Of a DNA stretch of 49,474 bases, positions 18,102 through 27,780 are shown in pieces. The stretch lies in contig NZ_JBIIWV010000001.1 of the NCBI RefSeq assembly GCF_044338735.1, positions 1 through 49,474 of the forward strand, in the 5' to 3' direction. A program made the position numbers and the translations under genes. Origin of the DNA: Flavobacterium sp. (GTDB lineage: Bacteria; Bacteroidota; Bacteroidia; Flavobacteriales; Flavobacteriaceae). Each line of letters begins with the position of its first letter. Position 1 is the first letter of the stretch. The notes beneath the pieces are model-generated. The model made no database searches, was not told where the DNA came from, and saw only the letters and a list, made by a program, of their open reading frames with translations.

Positions 18102-19403
18102 ATGCTAGTAAATTTAACAGACGCCAATCTTTTAACTAGTTTAAGAGAAATCGCAAAAAAAAATTCGAGCAAAGATATAATTGCTGGAGAAAATTACATA
18201 CCCGTTACAGGAAAAGTATTGGATGAAGAAGATATTTTGATGGGAGTAGAAGCCGCTTTAGACGGTTGGTTAACAGCAGGTCGTTTTGCTAATAAATTTG
18301 AGCATGATTTTGCCCAATATTTTGGAGTACACAAAGCGTTATTAGTTAACTCAGGATCATCTGCTAATTTGGTTGCTTTCTATGCATTAACATCACCTAA
18401 ATTAGGCGAAAGAGCCATTCAGCCTGGAGATGAGGTAATTACTGTAGCCGCTGGTTTTCCTACTACTGTTAATCCCATTATTCAATACGGAGCAATCCCA
18501 GTATTTATTGATGTAGATATTGCTACTCACAATGTAAAAGTTGAGATGATAGAGGCGGCAGTTAGTCCAAAAACAAAAGCGATAATGATAGCACACTCAT
18601 TAGGAAATCCTTTTAATTTAGATGAGGTAATGCGTGTTGCTAAAAAGTATAATCTTTGGGTAGTAGAAGATGACTGTGATTCTTTAGGCGCTACCTACAG
18701 AGGACAAAAAACAGGAACTTTTGGCGATATAGCTACTTTTTCATTTTATCCTGCCCACCACATCACTATGGGAGAAGGAGGAGCCGTTTTAATTAATAAT
18801 CCAATCCTAGCTAAAATTGCCGAGAGTTTCCGTGATTGGGGACGTGATTGCTATTGCGAACCCGGTAAAGACGATACTTGTGGTTGTCGTTTTGGGCAAC
18901 AATTAGGTACTTTACCTTATGGTTATGATCATAAATATACCTATTCTCATATTGGGTTTAATTTAAAAGTAACCGATATGCAAGCCGCTTTTGGGCTTTC
19001 TCAAATTAGTAAAATTGATGCTTTTGTAAAAAAACGTAAAGAAAATTTCGATATTTTATATAATAAAATGAAAGAATTTGAAGATGTGTTTATTCTGCCT
19101 GAAGTTACAGAACATGCTGAACCATCTTGGTTTGGTTTCCTGTTAACTTTACGCGATGGTGATGCAAATGATAGACATATGCTAGTGCAGCACTTAGAAA
19201 AAAACAAAATAGGAACTCGTTTATTATTTGGAGGTAATATATTAAGACAACCTGCTTATGCTAATATAAAACACCGAGTAGTTGGTGATTTATCGAACAC
19301 AGATACAATTATGAACCAATCTTTTTGGTTGGGAGTTTGGCCAGGTTTAAATGAGTCCCATTATGATTATATTTTAAAAGTAATAAGAGAATATCTAAAT
19401 TAA
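18102..19403 (+). CDS. rfbH: CDP-4-keto-6-deoxy-D-glucose 3-dehydrase (E1; RfbH/DdhC/AscC)
   Basis: DegT-fold with [14 protein letters not shown] (His replacing the PLP lysine), Fe-S cysteines in RDWGRDCYC…TCGCRF, and [10 protein letters not shown]. Confidence 0.95.
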   Translation: MLVNLTDANLLTSLREIAKKNSSKDIIAGENYIPVTGKVLDEEDILMGVEAALDGWLTAGRFANKFEHDFAQYFGVHKALLVNSGSSANLVAFYALTSPKLGERAIQPGDEVITVAAGFPTTVNPIIQYGAIPVFIDVDIATHNVKVEMIEAAVSPKTKAIMIAHSLGNPFNLDEVMRVAKKYNLWVVEDDCDSLGATYRGQKTGTFGDIATFSFYPAHHITMGEGGAVLINNPILAKIAESFRDWGRDCYCEPGKDDTCGCRFGQQLGTLPYGYDHKYTYSHIGFNLKVTDMQAAFGLSQISKIDAFVKKRKENFDILYNKMKEFEDVFILPEVTEHAEPSWFGFLLTLRDGDANDRHMLVQHLEKNKIGTRLLFGGNILRQPAYANIKHRVVGDLSNTDTIMNQSFWLGVWPGLNESHYDYILKVIREYLN

Positions 19404-19567
19404 AATTATCTTTTAAAATTAATGCTAATTAATAAAATTGAGCTTTTTTGTGAAACTTAGAATCAGCTTTAATGCAATTAAATAAACTACGAAATATAAA
19501 TTTTTTACTGTTTAAATAGTATTGAAAAATATCTAACTAGTTTGGTTTTTAAAAATTAAAAATTAAT

Positions 19568-20854
19568 ATGAATAAAATTGAAAAAAAAATCGGAATAATA
19601 GGACTTGGTTATGTTGGTCTTCCATTGTCTGTGGCATTTGCCGAAAAATATAAAGTTATAGGCTTTGACATAAATTCTTTGAGAATAAATGAATTAAATT
19701 CTGGCCATGATAGCACACTTGAAATCCAAGACGATTTTTTGAAATCAGTTTTAGATACAGATAATTTTAAAGAAATTGGGTTACACATAACCACAAAAAA
19801 AGAAATATTAAACGATTGTAATGTTTATATAGTTACAGTACCTACACCCACCGACAAGCATAATCGTCCCGTTTTGTCTCCGCTAATTAAGGCAAGTGAA
19901 ACAATTGCAGAGTTTCTCAAAAAAGGAGATATTGTAATTTATGAATCAACAGTATATCCTGGTGTAACTGAAGACGAAATGGTTCCAGTACTTGAAAAAA
20001 TTAGTGGATTAGTTTATAATGTTGATTTTTTTTGTGGGTATTCACCAGAGCGAATTAATCCAGGCGATAAAGAGCATACCGTAACCAATATACTAAAAGT
20101 TACAAGTGGCTCTACTCCAGAAATTGCAAATGTAATTGATGAATTATATAAATCAGTAATAACAGCAGGGACATTTAAAGCTTCTAGTATAAAAGTAGCA
20201 GAAGCCGCCAAAGTAATTGAAAACAGTCAACGAGACATCAATATTGCATTTGTTAACGAACTTAGTAAGATTTTCAATTTAATTGGGATTGATACACATG
20301 AGGTATTGGAAGCAGCAAGTACTAAATGGAATTTTATCAACTTTAAACCTGGTTTAGTGGGCGGACATTGTATTGGTGTTGATCCTTACTACTTAGCTCA
20401 AAAAGCTCAAGAAGTTGGATATCATCCCGAAATCATATTAGCTGGAAGAAGGATTAATGATTCGATGGGGAAATATGTGGCTACTGAAGTTTTAAAACTA
20501 ATGACACGCCAAAACACAAATGACACAAAACGTAAAGTTTTATTGCTTGGCTTTACATTTAAAGAAGATTGTCCAGACATTCGTAATACCCGAGTTATTG
20601 ATATTTACAACGAGTTAGTAGACCTAAATATTCAAGTTGATATTTATGACCCGTGGGCCGATGCTGCACAAGTAAAGCGCACGTATGATATAGATATTAA
20701 AAATAAAAAACCTTCTGAAAAATATACCGCGGTAGTTTTAGCAGTAGCACATAAATTGTTTTTAGACATGGATTTACGTTCTCTAACCCCTCAAGGAATT
20801 GTGTATGATGTAAAAGGCGTGCTTCCAAAAAGCAGTATAGATTCAAGATTATAA
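19568..20854 (+). CDS. wbpO: UDP-N-acetylhexosamine 6-dehydrogenase (WbpO/TviB)
   Basis: GLGYVGLP, YESTVYPG, YSPERINPGD, AEAAKVIENSQRD, PGLVGGHCIGVDPYYL and FKEDCPDIRN. Confidence 0.9.
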   Translation: MNKIEKKIGIIGLGYVGLPLSVAFAEKYKVIGFDINSLRINELNSGHDSTLEIQDDFLKSVLDTDNFKEIGLHITTKKEILNDCNVYIVTVPTPTDKHNRPVLSPLIKASETIAEFLKKGDIVIYESTVYPGVTEDEMVPVLEKISGLVYNVDFFCGYSPERINPGDKEHTVTNILKVTSGSTPEIANVIDELYKSVITAGTFKASSIKVAEAAKVIENSQRDINIAFVNELSKIFNLIGIDTHEVLEAASTKWNFINFKPGLVGGHCIGVDPYYLAQKAQEVGYHPEIILAGRRINDSMGKYVATEVLKLMTRQNTNDTKRKVLLLGFTFKEDCPDIRNTRVIDIYNELVDLNIQVDIYDPWADAAQVKRTYDIDIKNKKPSEKYTAVVLAVAHKLFLDMDLRSLTPQGIVYDVKGVLPKSSIDSRL

Positions 20855-20961
20855 TACTCAAAAAAATAGTAGAATTAAAGGTTATTTTATTACCCTCTTC
20901 TACTAGTAAATTTCAACCTTATATTATTTTATAATAGTAATTATTTTTTAAAAGCATTTAA

Positions 20962-21984
20962 ATGAGTTTTATAGTATCTATATGCATTCCCACTTTTAAC
21001 CGTAGTCTCAATATCAATAATTTATTACAGCAATTGCATGAATTGGTGAAAGTAAACAGGCATGACATAGAAATATGTATTTCCGATAATTGTTCAACTG
21101 ATGATACCAGTGAAGTAATTAAAAAGTGGGACAGTTTGTTTACTATTAATTCGATAAGGCAACCCTATAATAAAGGAGGTACTGCGAATGTTAAGGAAGT
21201 AGTTAAACTTGCTAAAGGCAAATATACGCTCCTTATCGGAGATGACGACGGCATTGATGTTAATCAATTTAGCTCTTTAATTGAGCAACTTAAAATAGAA
21301 GAAGATTTTTTCTGGAATATTGGTATTTCTAAAAATGATAACAGTAAAGATTGTTTTAATTTGTCTAATGTTGGAACGTATGATAAAATTCAATTTAGTA
21401 CTATTTTAGAAAAAAAAGGCCTAATTTCTCTAGGTTTTATAGGAAAGCATATAGTACCAACTTTTCTAGTACAAAAAATGTCTGAACTAGAAACAGATAA
21501 AATTATCCCTTGGCCACATTTGCACCTTTTTTTTTCAACTTATAATTCTTTACCAACAAGAATTGTTCCTTTTTCATTTTATAATCAGGCTGTTCATGGC
21601 ACACAATTGTATTGGGACTCTAAGGAAGGCCTTGAAATTATCCTTGCATTTCAAAAAATATTTTCTTCTGAATACATAAATTCTGACTACAAACCCCTTA
21701 GATTAAAAGAAGTAACAAGATTTTATTTATTTCTTGGTTTTTTAAAGCATTTTTTATTAGACACTAAAGATTTTAGGAGTTTTGCAGTTTTAAACTTTCG
21801 TAAGGTTTTAAAACCCGGAGACAATTATAAGTTGAAAATTATAATTTTTATAAAAACATTGCAATTTCTTTCTTTAACTTCTCCAATTTTATCTCCAACG
21901 TTTAAATATCTCAACGTGGTAAAGAAACACAAAAAAATTAAAACAGCAAATCCAGAAAAGTTTGCATTTAAAAGAGGCATTTAA
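20962..21984 (+). CDS. GT2 glycosyltransferase, candidate CDP-dideoxy/branched-sugar transferase
   Basis: SICIPTFNR, ISDNCSTDDT and LIGDDD; the motif style matches abequosyltransferase-like GT2s. Confidence 0.85.
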   Translation: MSFIVSICIPTFNRSLNINNLLQQLHELVKVNRHDIEICISDNCSTDDTSEVIKKWDSLFTINSIRQPYNKGGTANVKEVVKLAKGKYTLLIGDDDGIDVNQFSSLIEQLKIEEDFFWNIGISKNDNSKDCFNLSNVGTYDKIQFSTILEKKGLISLGFIGKHIVPTFLVQKMSELETDKIIPWPHLHLFFSTYNSLPTRIVPFSFYNQAVHGTQLYWDSKEGLEIILAFQKIFSSEYINSDYKPLRLKEVTRFYLFLGFLKHFLLDTKDFRSFAVLNFRKVLKPGDNYKLKIIIFIKTLQFLSLTSPILSPTFKYLNVVKKHKKIKTANPEKFAFKRGI

Positions 21985-21995
21985 CAGTATATAAT

Positions 21996-23294
21996 TTGAA
22001 CTTTATAAATTTTTTAAGCAATAAAAACACATTAGTTGTTTTTATCTATAGATTAACCACCGTGTTTTCTGGATTGATAGTATTGTTTATTGTTACTAAT
22101 TTGTTTGAAATTAAAGAGCAAGGACAATATTATTTAATTTTAAGTTTGGTTGCTTTACAATCTTTTGTTGATTTAGGAATTATTCCCGTAATGAGCAATG
22201 TAATATTAAGGGATTGGACAGAGTATAAGAATACCGTTTCTGACCATTTACAAAGTAACAAAATTTCTAAAATTAGAGGCTATTTTTATTTTTTTTTAAA
22301 ATGGTATTCAATTCTTAGTTTTATATTACTTTTTATTTCAGTAATTTTTTCATTAAATTTTAGAGAAGATAGTCAATTATTTAATCTGCTAATTTCTATA
22401 TCTTTTATTGTTGTTTTAAATTTTTTTCTTAATTTATTTTGGTTGTTTCTTGAAGGAATAGGTGATTTTTATAACTTATACTTGTTTAGAACAATTCAGC
22501 TTTTATTTTCAACTGGTTGTCTGTTCTTTTTTATCACTTGTGATTTTGGAATACATTCCCTTTTATTTTTTTATTCATCCCTTTTTTTTTCAAGTGTAAT
22601 TTTTATATTTTTCAAGTGGAGGACTTTTAAATTTTTAATCTTTGGTGAGAGAATTATTTTTCAATATTTTAAGGAGATTTTTCCTTTTCATTTTAATGTA
22701 TTTATTCAATCCCTTTTTGGTTATTTTACTTGGCAAGCATTGATTCCATTGTTTTACGATAAAACGGGAGCTTTGTTTTCTGGAAAATTAGGAGTAACGC
22801 TTCAAATAGCAGCATTGTTTCTTTCGTTTTCTACTTTCTTAGTGTATTCAAAGTCTCCAATTTATTCTAAACTATTATTTTCAAAAAGTCATCACGATGT
22901 TTTGAATATTTGGAAGAAAGATTTAATAACATCTTATTTAATTTTTATATTTTTAATTCTTATTTATTTATTTTTATTTTATATGGATGTCTCGCTATTT
23001 AGACCATTTTTCAATCGTAGTTTAAATGTTACAAATAGTTTTTTAATTTTTATAATCCATTTCTTTTACGTTTTTAATCATTCTATATCTGTACTTAGTA
23101 GATTAAATAAAAAAGAACTGCTTACTGTTAGCGGTGTATTTGTCCCAATTTTATCATATGCAATAGTGTATTTTTGTATAGATTTATTTTCATTAGATAT
23201 CATTTTTGTAATGTTGTTGTTCTTAAACTCTTTATTTTTCATATATAATTACTTAAAATTCAAAAAATTCAAATCAGATTTTAAATCTATTTGA
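21996..23294 (+). CDS. wzx: O-unit flippase
   Basis: About 12 hydrophobic segments, EQGQYYLILSLVALQSFVDLG N-terminal MOP motif, very AT-rich. Confidence 0.8.
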   Translation: MNFINFLSNKNTLVVFIYRLTTVFSGLIVLFIVTNLFEIKEQGQYYLILSLVALQSFVDLGIIPVMSNVILRDWTEYKNTVSDHLQSNKISKIRGYFYFFLKWYSILSFILLFISVIFSLNFREDSQLFNLLISISFIVVLNFFLNLFWLFLEGIGDFYNLYLFRTIQLLFSTGCLFFFITCDFGIHSLLFFYSSLFFSSVIFIFFKWRTFKFLIFGERIIFQYFKEIFPFHFNVFIQSLFGYFTWQALIPLFYDKTGALFSGKLGVTLQIAALFLSFSTFLVYSKSPIYSKLLFSKSHHDVLNIWKKDLITSYLIFIFLILIYLFLFYMDVSLFRPFFNRSLNVTNSFLIFIIHFFYVFNHSISVLSRLNKKELLTVSGVFVPILSYAIVYFCIDLFSLDIIFVMLLFLNSLFFIYNYLKFKKFKSDFKSI

Positions 23295-23432
23295 TAAGCT
23301 CTAAGAAAATTATTGATAAATACTTTTATAAACGTTTAACTGTCTTAAAGTTGTTAAACTGTCCTAGAAACAAACAAAAAACATCTGTTAAAATAGTCAC
23401 ATCATTATTCTTTTAAAATTAAAATCATTAGC

Positions 23433-24506
23433 ATGAAACCACTACTATTCTTAATAATTTTTGGTTCTTTAGTAATTAGGGTTTTTGTCAGTTTGGTTTT
23501 ATTAAATGATAATGTTATACTGCCACCCTCAGATTCTACAGATTTCCATAATTTAGCTTATGAGTTAAGTAATAATTTCCACTTTGATAATTTTTACATT
23601 GGTTGGATATATTCTTATTGGTTAAGTTTTTTTTATTCTATTTTTAGTAACTCTCGAATTGTTGGGTTTTTATTATCTTGGATTGTTTGGCTAATAAGCG
23701 CAATTTATTTTAAAAAAGTTTGTACTCTATTAGGATTTAGTAACAAACAAGTTAAAATTTATTTATTTTTATACTGTTTCTTGCCGTCTTCTCTTTTTTA
23801 CGCAAGCGACACAATGAGGGAGGCATATCAAATGCTGTTTTTAATTTTTGTTGTTTATTTTGGGATAAATTATATAAAATTTGGTAAGGTTTCATTTTTT
23901 TTTAAATTATTTATTTCATTATTTATTTTATGTCTGCTTCATCATGTTTTTATTGGTTTTTCTATTTTAATTTTAGCTTATTTTCTATTAAGTAAATTTA
24001 CTATTAAGAAATCGGTTTTTGTTTTTGTAATTTTTTCAATTTTGTTTACTTTTTTTGGTTCTTTGTTTAAAGGATATCTCATACCTTCATCAAGTTTGTC
24101 AGAAAGTGTTGAAAAATTTAATGAAATAGGAAGATCTTTAGAAGCAAACTCAACTTATCCAATTTTGTTCGGTACTTCTAATCCTGTTATAGGGTTTTTC
24201 ACAAACTTTTTACAATATTTACTTGAGCCATTTCCTTGGCGTGTAAAAAACTTTTTTGATGTTGTAGTTTTTGTAGAAAATTCATTACGATTTATATTTT
24301 TATTTTACACAATCAAATATGTTTTTAACAAAAAGACAAGAAGTAAATTTGATGCAGATTTAAGGTTTCTATTATTTTGTTTTTTCGTTATGGAAGTCCT
24401 TTGGTCTTTAGGAACTAGTAATTGGGGTACAGCAATTCGACACCATTTACCTGCGGTAGGCGTTTTACTTTTTTTAATAGGTAAATTGAAATCTATTAAA
24501 ACCTAA
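23433..24506 (+). CDS. wzy: Probable O-antigen polymerase (multi-TM membrane protein)
   Basis: About 10 TM segments, an early D-x-x-x-F loop, MREA and SNWGTAIRH loop motifs; positioned after wzx. Confidence 0.65.
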   Translation: MKPLLFLIIFGSLVIRVFVSLVLLNDNVILPPSDSTDFHNLAYELSNNFHFDNFYIGWIYSYWLSFFYSIFSNSRIVGFLLSWIVWLISAIYFKKVCTLLGFSNKQVKIYLFLYCFLPSSLFYASDTMREAYQMLFLIFVVYFGINYIKFGKVSFFFKLFISLFILCLLHHVFIGFSILILAYFLLSKFTIKKSVFVFVIFSILFTFFGSLFKGYLIPSSSLSESVEKFNEIGRSLEANSTYPILFGTSNPVIGFFTNFLQYLLEPFPWRVKNFFDVVVFVENSLRFIFLFYTIKYVFNKKTRSKFDADLRFLLFCFFVMEVLWSLGTSNWGTAIRHHLPAVGVLLFLIGKLKSIKT

Positions 24507-24594
24507 TTTTTGCAATTAAAAAGCATTTTATATATTTTAGCACAATAGTTTTCTAATTAATTGAAAATTTAACTAATTTTTTTATCAAAATAAT

Positions 24595-26325
24595 ATGATT
24601 AAAATCGGAATTTTAATTGATGGCTTTGAACAGCCGCTTTGGGTTAATGAAATAGTTGATAGAATCCTTAAAGATTCCAGTTTAAATTTATCATTAGTTG
24701 TGCTTAAAAACAATAAAAGCCAAACGGATAATAATAATTTATTAAATAGATTTTTTGAAATAAAATATTACCCTTATTTCTTAATTAAGATTATTAATAA
24801 ATTTATATATAAATACATTATAAAAAACAATGATTATGTAAATCTCTTTTCAAATTTATCTATTGAATCTAAATTGTCATTAAATTCAACACCCATTTTG
24901 CGTGTGGAAGTAATAGAGAATAAATTTACGGATGAGTTTAAGTCGGGGGATATTGATAACATCGCCCAACATGAATGTGATTTATTTATAAGATTTGGCT
25001 TTAGAATATTAAAAGGCGGGATACTAAATTTACCTAAATTAGGAATTTGGTCTTTACATCACGGTGATACAAAGGACAGTAGAGGTGGACCTGCTGGCTT
25101 TTGGGAATTTATTGAAAAAAAGAACACTACCGCCGCTACATTGCAGATATTATCTGAGGTATTAGATGGAGGTTTGGTCTTAGATAAAGTTTCAGTTCAA
25201 ACCAATAAAATTAATTATTTTTCAAATATTTCTACCTTGTATGCAAATGCCGCTGGTATGTTATGGGATAATTTAGAAAAATTTAAGATTTTGGGTATCG
25301 AAAATTACTTAGTTAAAATAGACAAACTTCGTAAGTCTAGAGACATAGACATTTATTCATATCCTATTTTTAAAAGACCAACTTTTTTAAAAGGATTTAT
25401 ATTATTATTTAAGTTATTAGTAGGATATTTTTATTTAGCAGTATATAAATTTTGGTATTTTGAACAATGGCAATTGTGCTATAAATTTCTTAAAACCAAC
25501 GACAATATTCACTTAAACCTATATAATTTCAAAAGAATTATTCCGCCATTTGACAGATATTTTGCTGATCCTTTTGTAATTGAACATGATGACACAATAT
25601 ACGTGTTTATTGAGGAGGTTATTTTTTCCCAAAATAAAGGAACAATCGCATTACTTGAAATTAATAAAATTTCAAAAAAAGTTATTTACAAGGGAAAAAT
25701 TTTAGAGGAATCTTTTCATATGAGTTTTCCAAATGTATTTTTTCTGAACGGCGAATACTATATGATTCCTGAAACACAGAAGGCAAATCAAATTAGGATG
25801 TATAAAGCACAAAAATTTCCATACGAGTGGACATTAGAAAGAGTATTAATTGATAACATACATGCTGTAGATCCTGTATTACATATTCATGATGGTGTTT
25901 TTTGGCTTTTAGTAAATGAATCTACCTTTTTAGGCGCTTCACCTTCATCTAATTTAAATTTGTATTACACCGATAATCTCTTTGAGGGTGAATTTAAAAA
26001 ATTTGTTAACAACCCGGTCTCTTCCGATATCAAATTTAGTAGGAACGCTGGGGCAATATTTAAATTAGCTAATAAAACATTCAGACCATCACAAGATTGT
26101 TCTGAGAGATATGGTTATTCGGTTAATATTAATGAAATAGTAGAAATAAATAAAGAATCTTATACTGAGACTTTACGTGATGTTATTCTTCCTAAATGGG
26201 ACAACAGCGTTAAAGCTGTTCATACATTATCTATTTCTGAAAACATTGTGTTTGTTGACATTGATAGAAGAATACCAAGAATTAGTAAGATTTTTAATTT
26301 GTTTTTTAAAAAAGAGTTGTCGTAA
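24595..26325 (+). CDS. Fusion of formyltransferase-like N-terminal domain and GH43-like/GINT1-N five-bladed beta-propeller
   Basis: DLFIRFGFRILKGGIL…IWSLHHGD…RGGPAGFWE…LDGG (formyl_trans_N-like); YFADPF…VFIEE, HMSFP…YMIPET, AVDP and RNAG propeller blades. Confidence 0.7.
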   Translation: MIKIGILIDGFEQPLWVNEIVDRILKDSSLNLSLVVLKNNKSQTDNNNLLNRFFEIKYYPYFLIKIINKFIYKYIIKNNDYVNLFSNLSIESKLSLNSTPILRVEVIENKFTDEFKSGDIDNIAQHECDLFIRFGFRILKGGILNLPKLGIWSLHHGDTKDSRGGPAGFWEFIEKKNTTAATLQILSEVLDGGLVLDKVSVQTNKINYFSNISTLYANAAGMLWDNLEKFKILGIENYLVKIDKLRKSRDIDIYSYPIFKRPTFLKGFILLFKLLVGYFYLAVYKFWYFEQWQLCYKFLKTNDNIHLNLYNFKRIIPPFDRYFADPFVIEHDDTIYVFIEEVIFSQNKGTIALLEINKISKKVIYKGKILEESFHMSFPNVFFLNGEYYMIPETQKANQIRMYKAQKFPYEWTLERVLIDNIHAVDPVLHIHDGVFWLLVNESTFLGASPSSNLNLYYTDNLFEGEFKKFVNNPVSSDIKFSRNAGAIFKLANKTFRPSQDCSERYGYSVNINEIVEINKESYTETLRDVILPKWDNSVKAVHTLSISENIVFVDIDRRIPRISKIFNLFFKKELS

Positions 26326-26403
26326 AAAAAATTATTTTAAATATAATACTATCTAACATAATTTTAAATAAGTTATTATTCAATAATATAATATACTAAC
26401 GTA

Positions 26404-27537
26404 ATGAGAATATTACACGTAATTGTTGGTCTAAATGTTGGTGGAGCTGAAATGTCTTTATTACGTTTATGTACTAAACTTTATGAGAGAAACGATTTTG
26501 ATATTAAGATTGTTACTTTAACTCCACCAGGAAAGTTGCTCAAAGAATTTGAGTCATTAGGCATTCAAGTGATAAGTTTAAATATAAAAAATGTATTTAG
26601 TATTCCTTTAGCTGTTTATACTTATTTAAATTTAATTCGAAAATTTAAACCATCATTAGTTCATTCATGGATGTATCATTCTAATGTTTTTGCAGGTTTA
26701 TTATCATTTTTCTCAGCACCAGTAATTTGGTCGTTGCGTTCAACTCATAGTTCATTGAATAAAATGTCAATGACTTATTTTATAAATTTAATCTCTGCAT
26801 TTTTTTCATATTTATTACCCGTTGAAATTATTTGTGTTTCAGAATCTGCAAAAAAATCTCACAAGTCCTTGGGATACAACAGTAAAATTATGTCTGTTAT
26901 TCCTAATGGTTATGACTTTACTGAAATTGATGCCTTTACTAATAATAATTTACCTATTGAGATTAAAAGAATTAAAGATAGTGGCGCGCTTATTATTGCA
27001 TCTGTAGCTAGGTATGATTCTTTTAAAGACCACAATAACTTTATAGAGGCAGCAGGCCAAATATTAGAATTTTATGATAATGTTTATTTCATTATGGTTG
27101 GCGAAGGTGTTGATAGGAATAATGATTTTCTTACAAAAAAAATCAAGGAGGTTACCCAAAAAGTTGATAATATTCTATTAATGGGTTACAGGTCTGATGT
27201 TAACAATATTTTATTTAATTCTGACATTTATTGTTTGCACTCTATTTCTGAAGGATTTCCAAATAGTCTTGCAGAAGCCATGTGTGTTGGTTTGCCATGT
27301 GTTTCAACTGATGTTGGAGATGCGGCTTTAATGCTTGGAGAAGCGTGTGAAAAATCTATTGTTCCGATAAAAGACTCTAATAAACTTTCATCAGCTCTCA
27401 AATATTTAATTGATTTACCTGAATATGATAGAAAAAAATTAGGTAATTATTTAAAAATTAGAATTCAAGAAAATTATGGTATTGATGTATTGACCCAAAA
27501 AATTATTGGCAAATATGAAAAAGCAAAATGCAAATAA
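26404..27537 (+). CDS. GT4 glycosyltransferase
   Basis: GLNVGGAE, HSWMYH, VIPNG and SEGFPNSLAEAM…TDVGD. Confidence 0.92.
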   Translation: MRILHVIVGLNVGGAEMSLLRLCTKLYERNDFDIKIVTLTPPGKLLKEFESLGIQVISLNIKNVFSIPLAVYTYLNLIRKFKPSLVHSWMYHSNVFAGLLSFFSAPVIWSLRSTHSSLNKMSMTYFINLISAFFSYLLPVEIICVSESAKKSHKSLGYNSKIMSVIPNGYDFTEIDAFTNNNLPIEIKRIKDSGALIIASVARYDSFKDHNNFIEAAGQILEFYDNVYFIMVGEGVDRNNDFLTKKIKEVTQKVDNILLMGYRSDVNNILFNSDIYCLHSISEGFPNSLAEAMCVGLPCVSTDVGDAALMLGEACEKSIVPIKDSNKLSSALKYLIDLPEYDRKKLGNYLKIRIQENYGIDVLTQKIIGKYEKAKCK

Positions 27538-27780
27538 AAGCAGGGTCTGTAGCTTTAGTGATGATTGGGAAATATTTGATCCGTCTGATTTGATAGCTAA
27601 TGAACATTCAGAATTATTTGTCGGTATTTTTCATTCAAACGCTTTCGATGAGTGTACGGAAACTTCGAATAACATAGATTTTTGTTATTCATCATACAGA
27701 ATGTAGCGGGTTTGGTCGAAATTAAATTTAATAACACTGTCCCGTTCTGGTGTGCAGTTGGAATAAAAAAATAATATAAT

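Noticed and set aside
20867-20905. Terminator after wbpO (tagtagaa…ttctacta)
   Set aside because: Weak 8-bp AT-rich stem with a long interrupted loop and no U-tract; it could be a weak attenuator but is not supportable.
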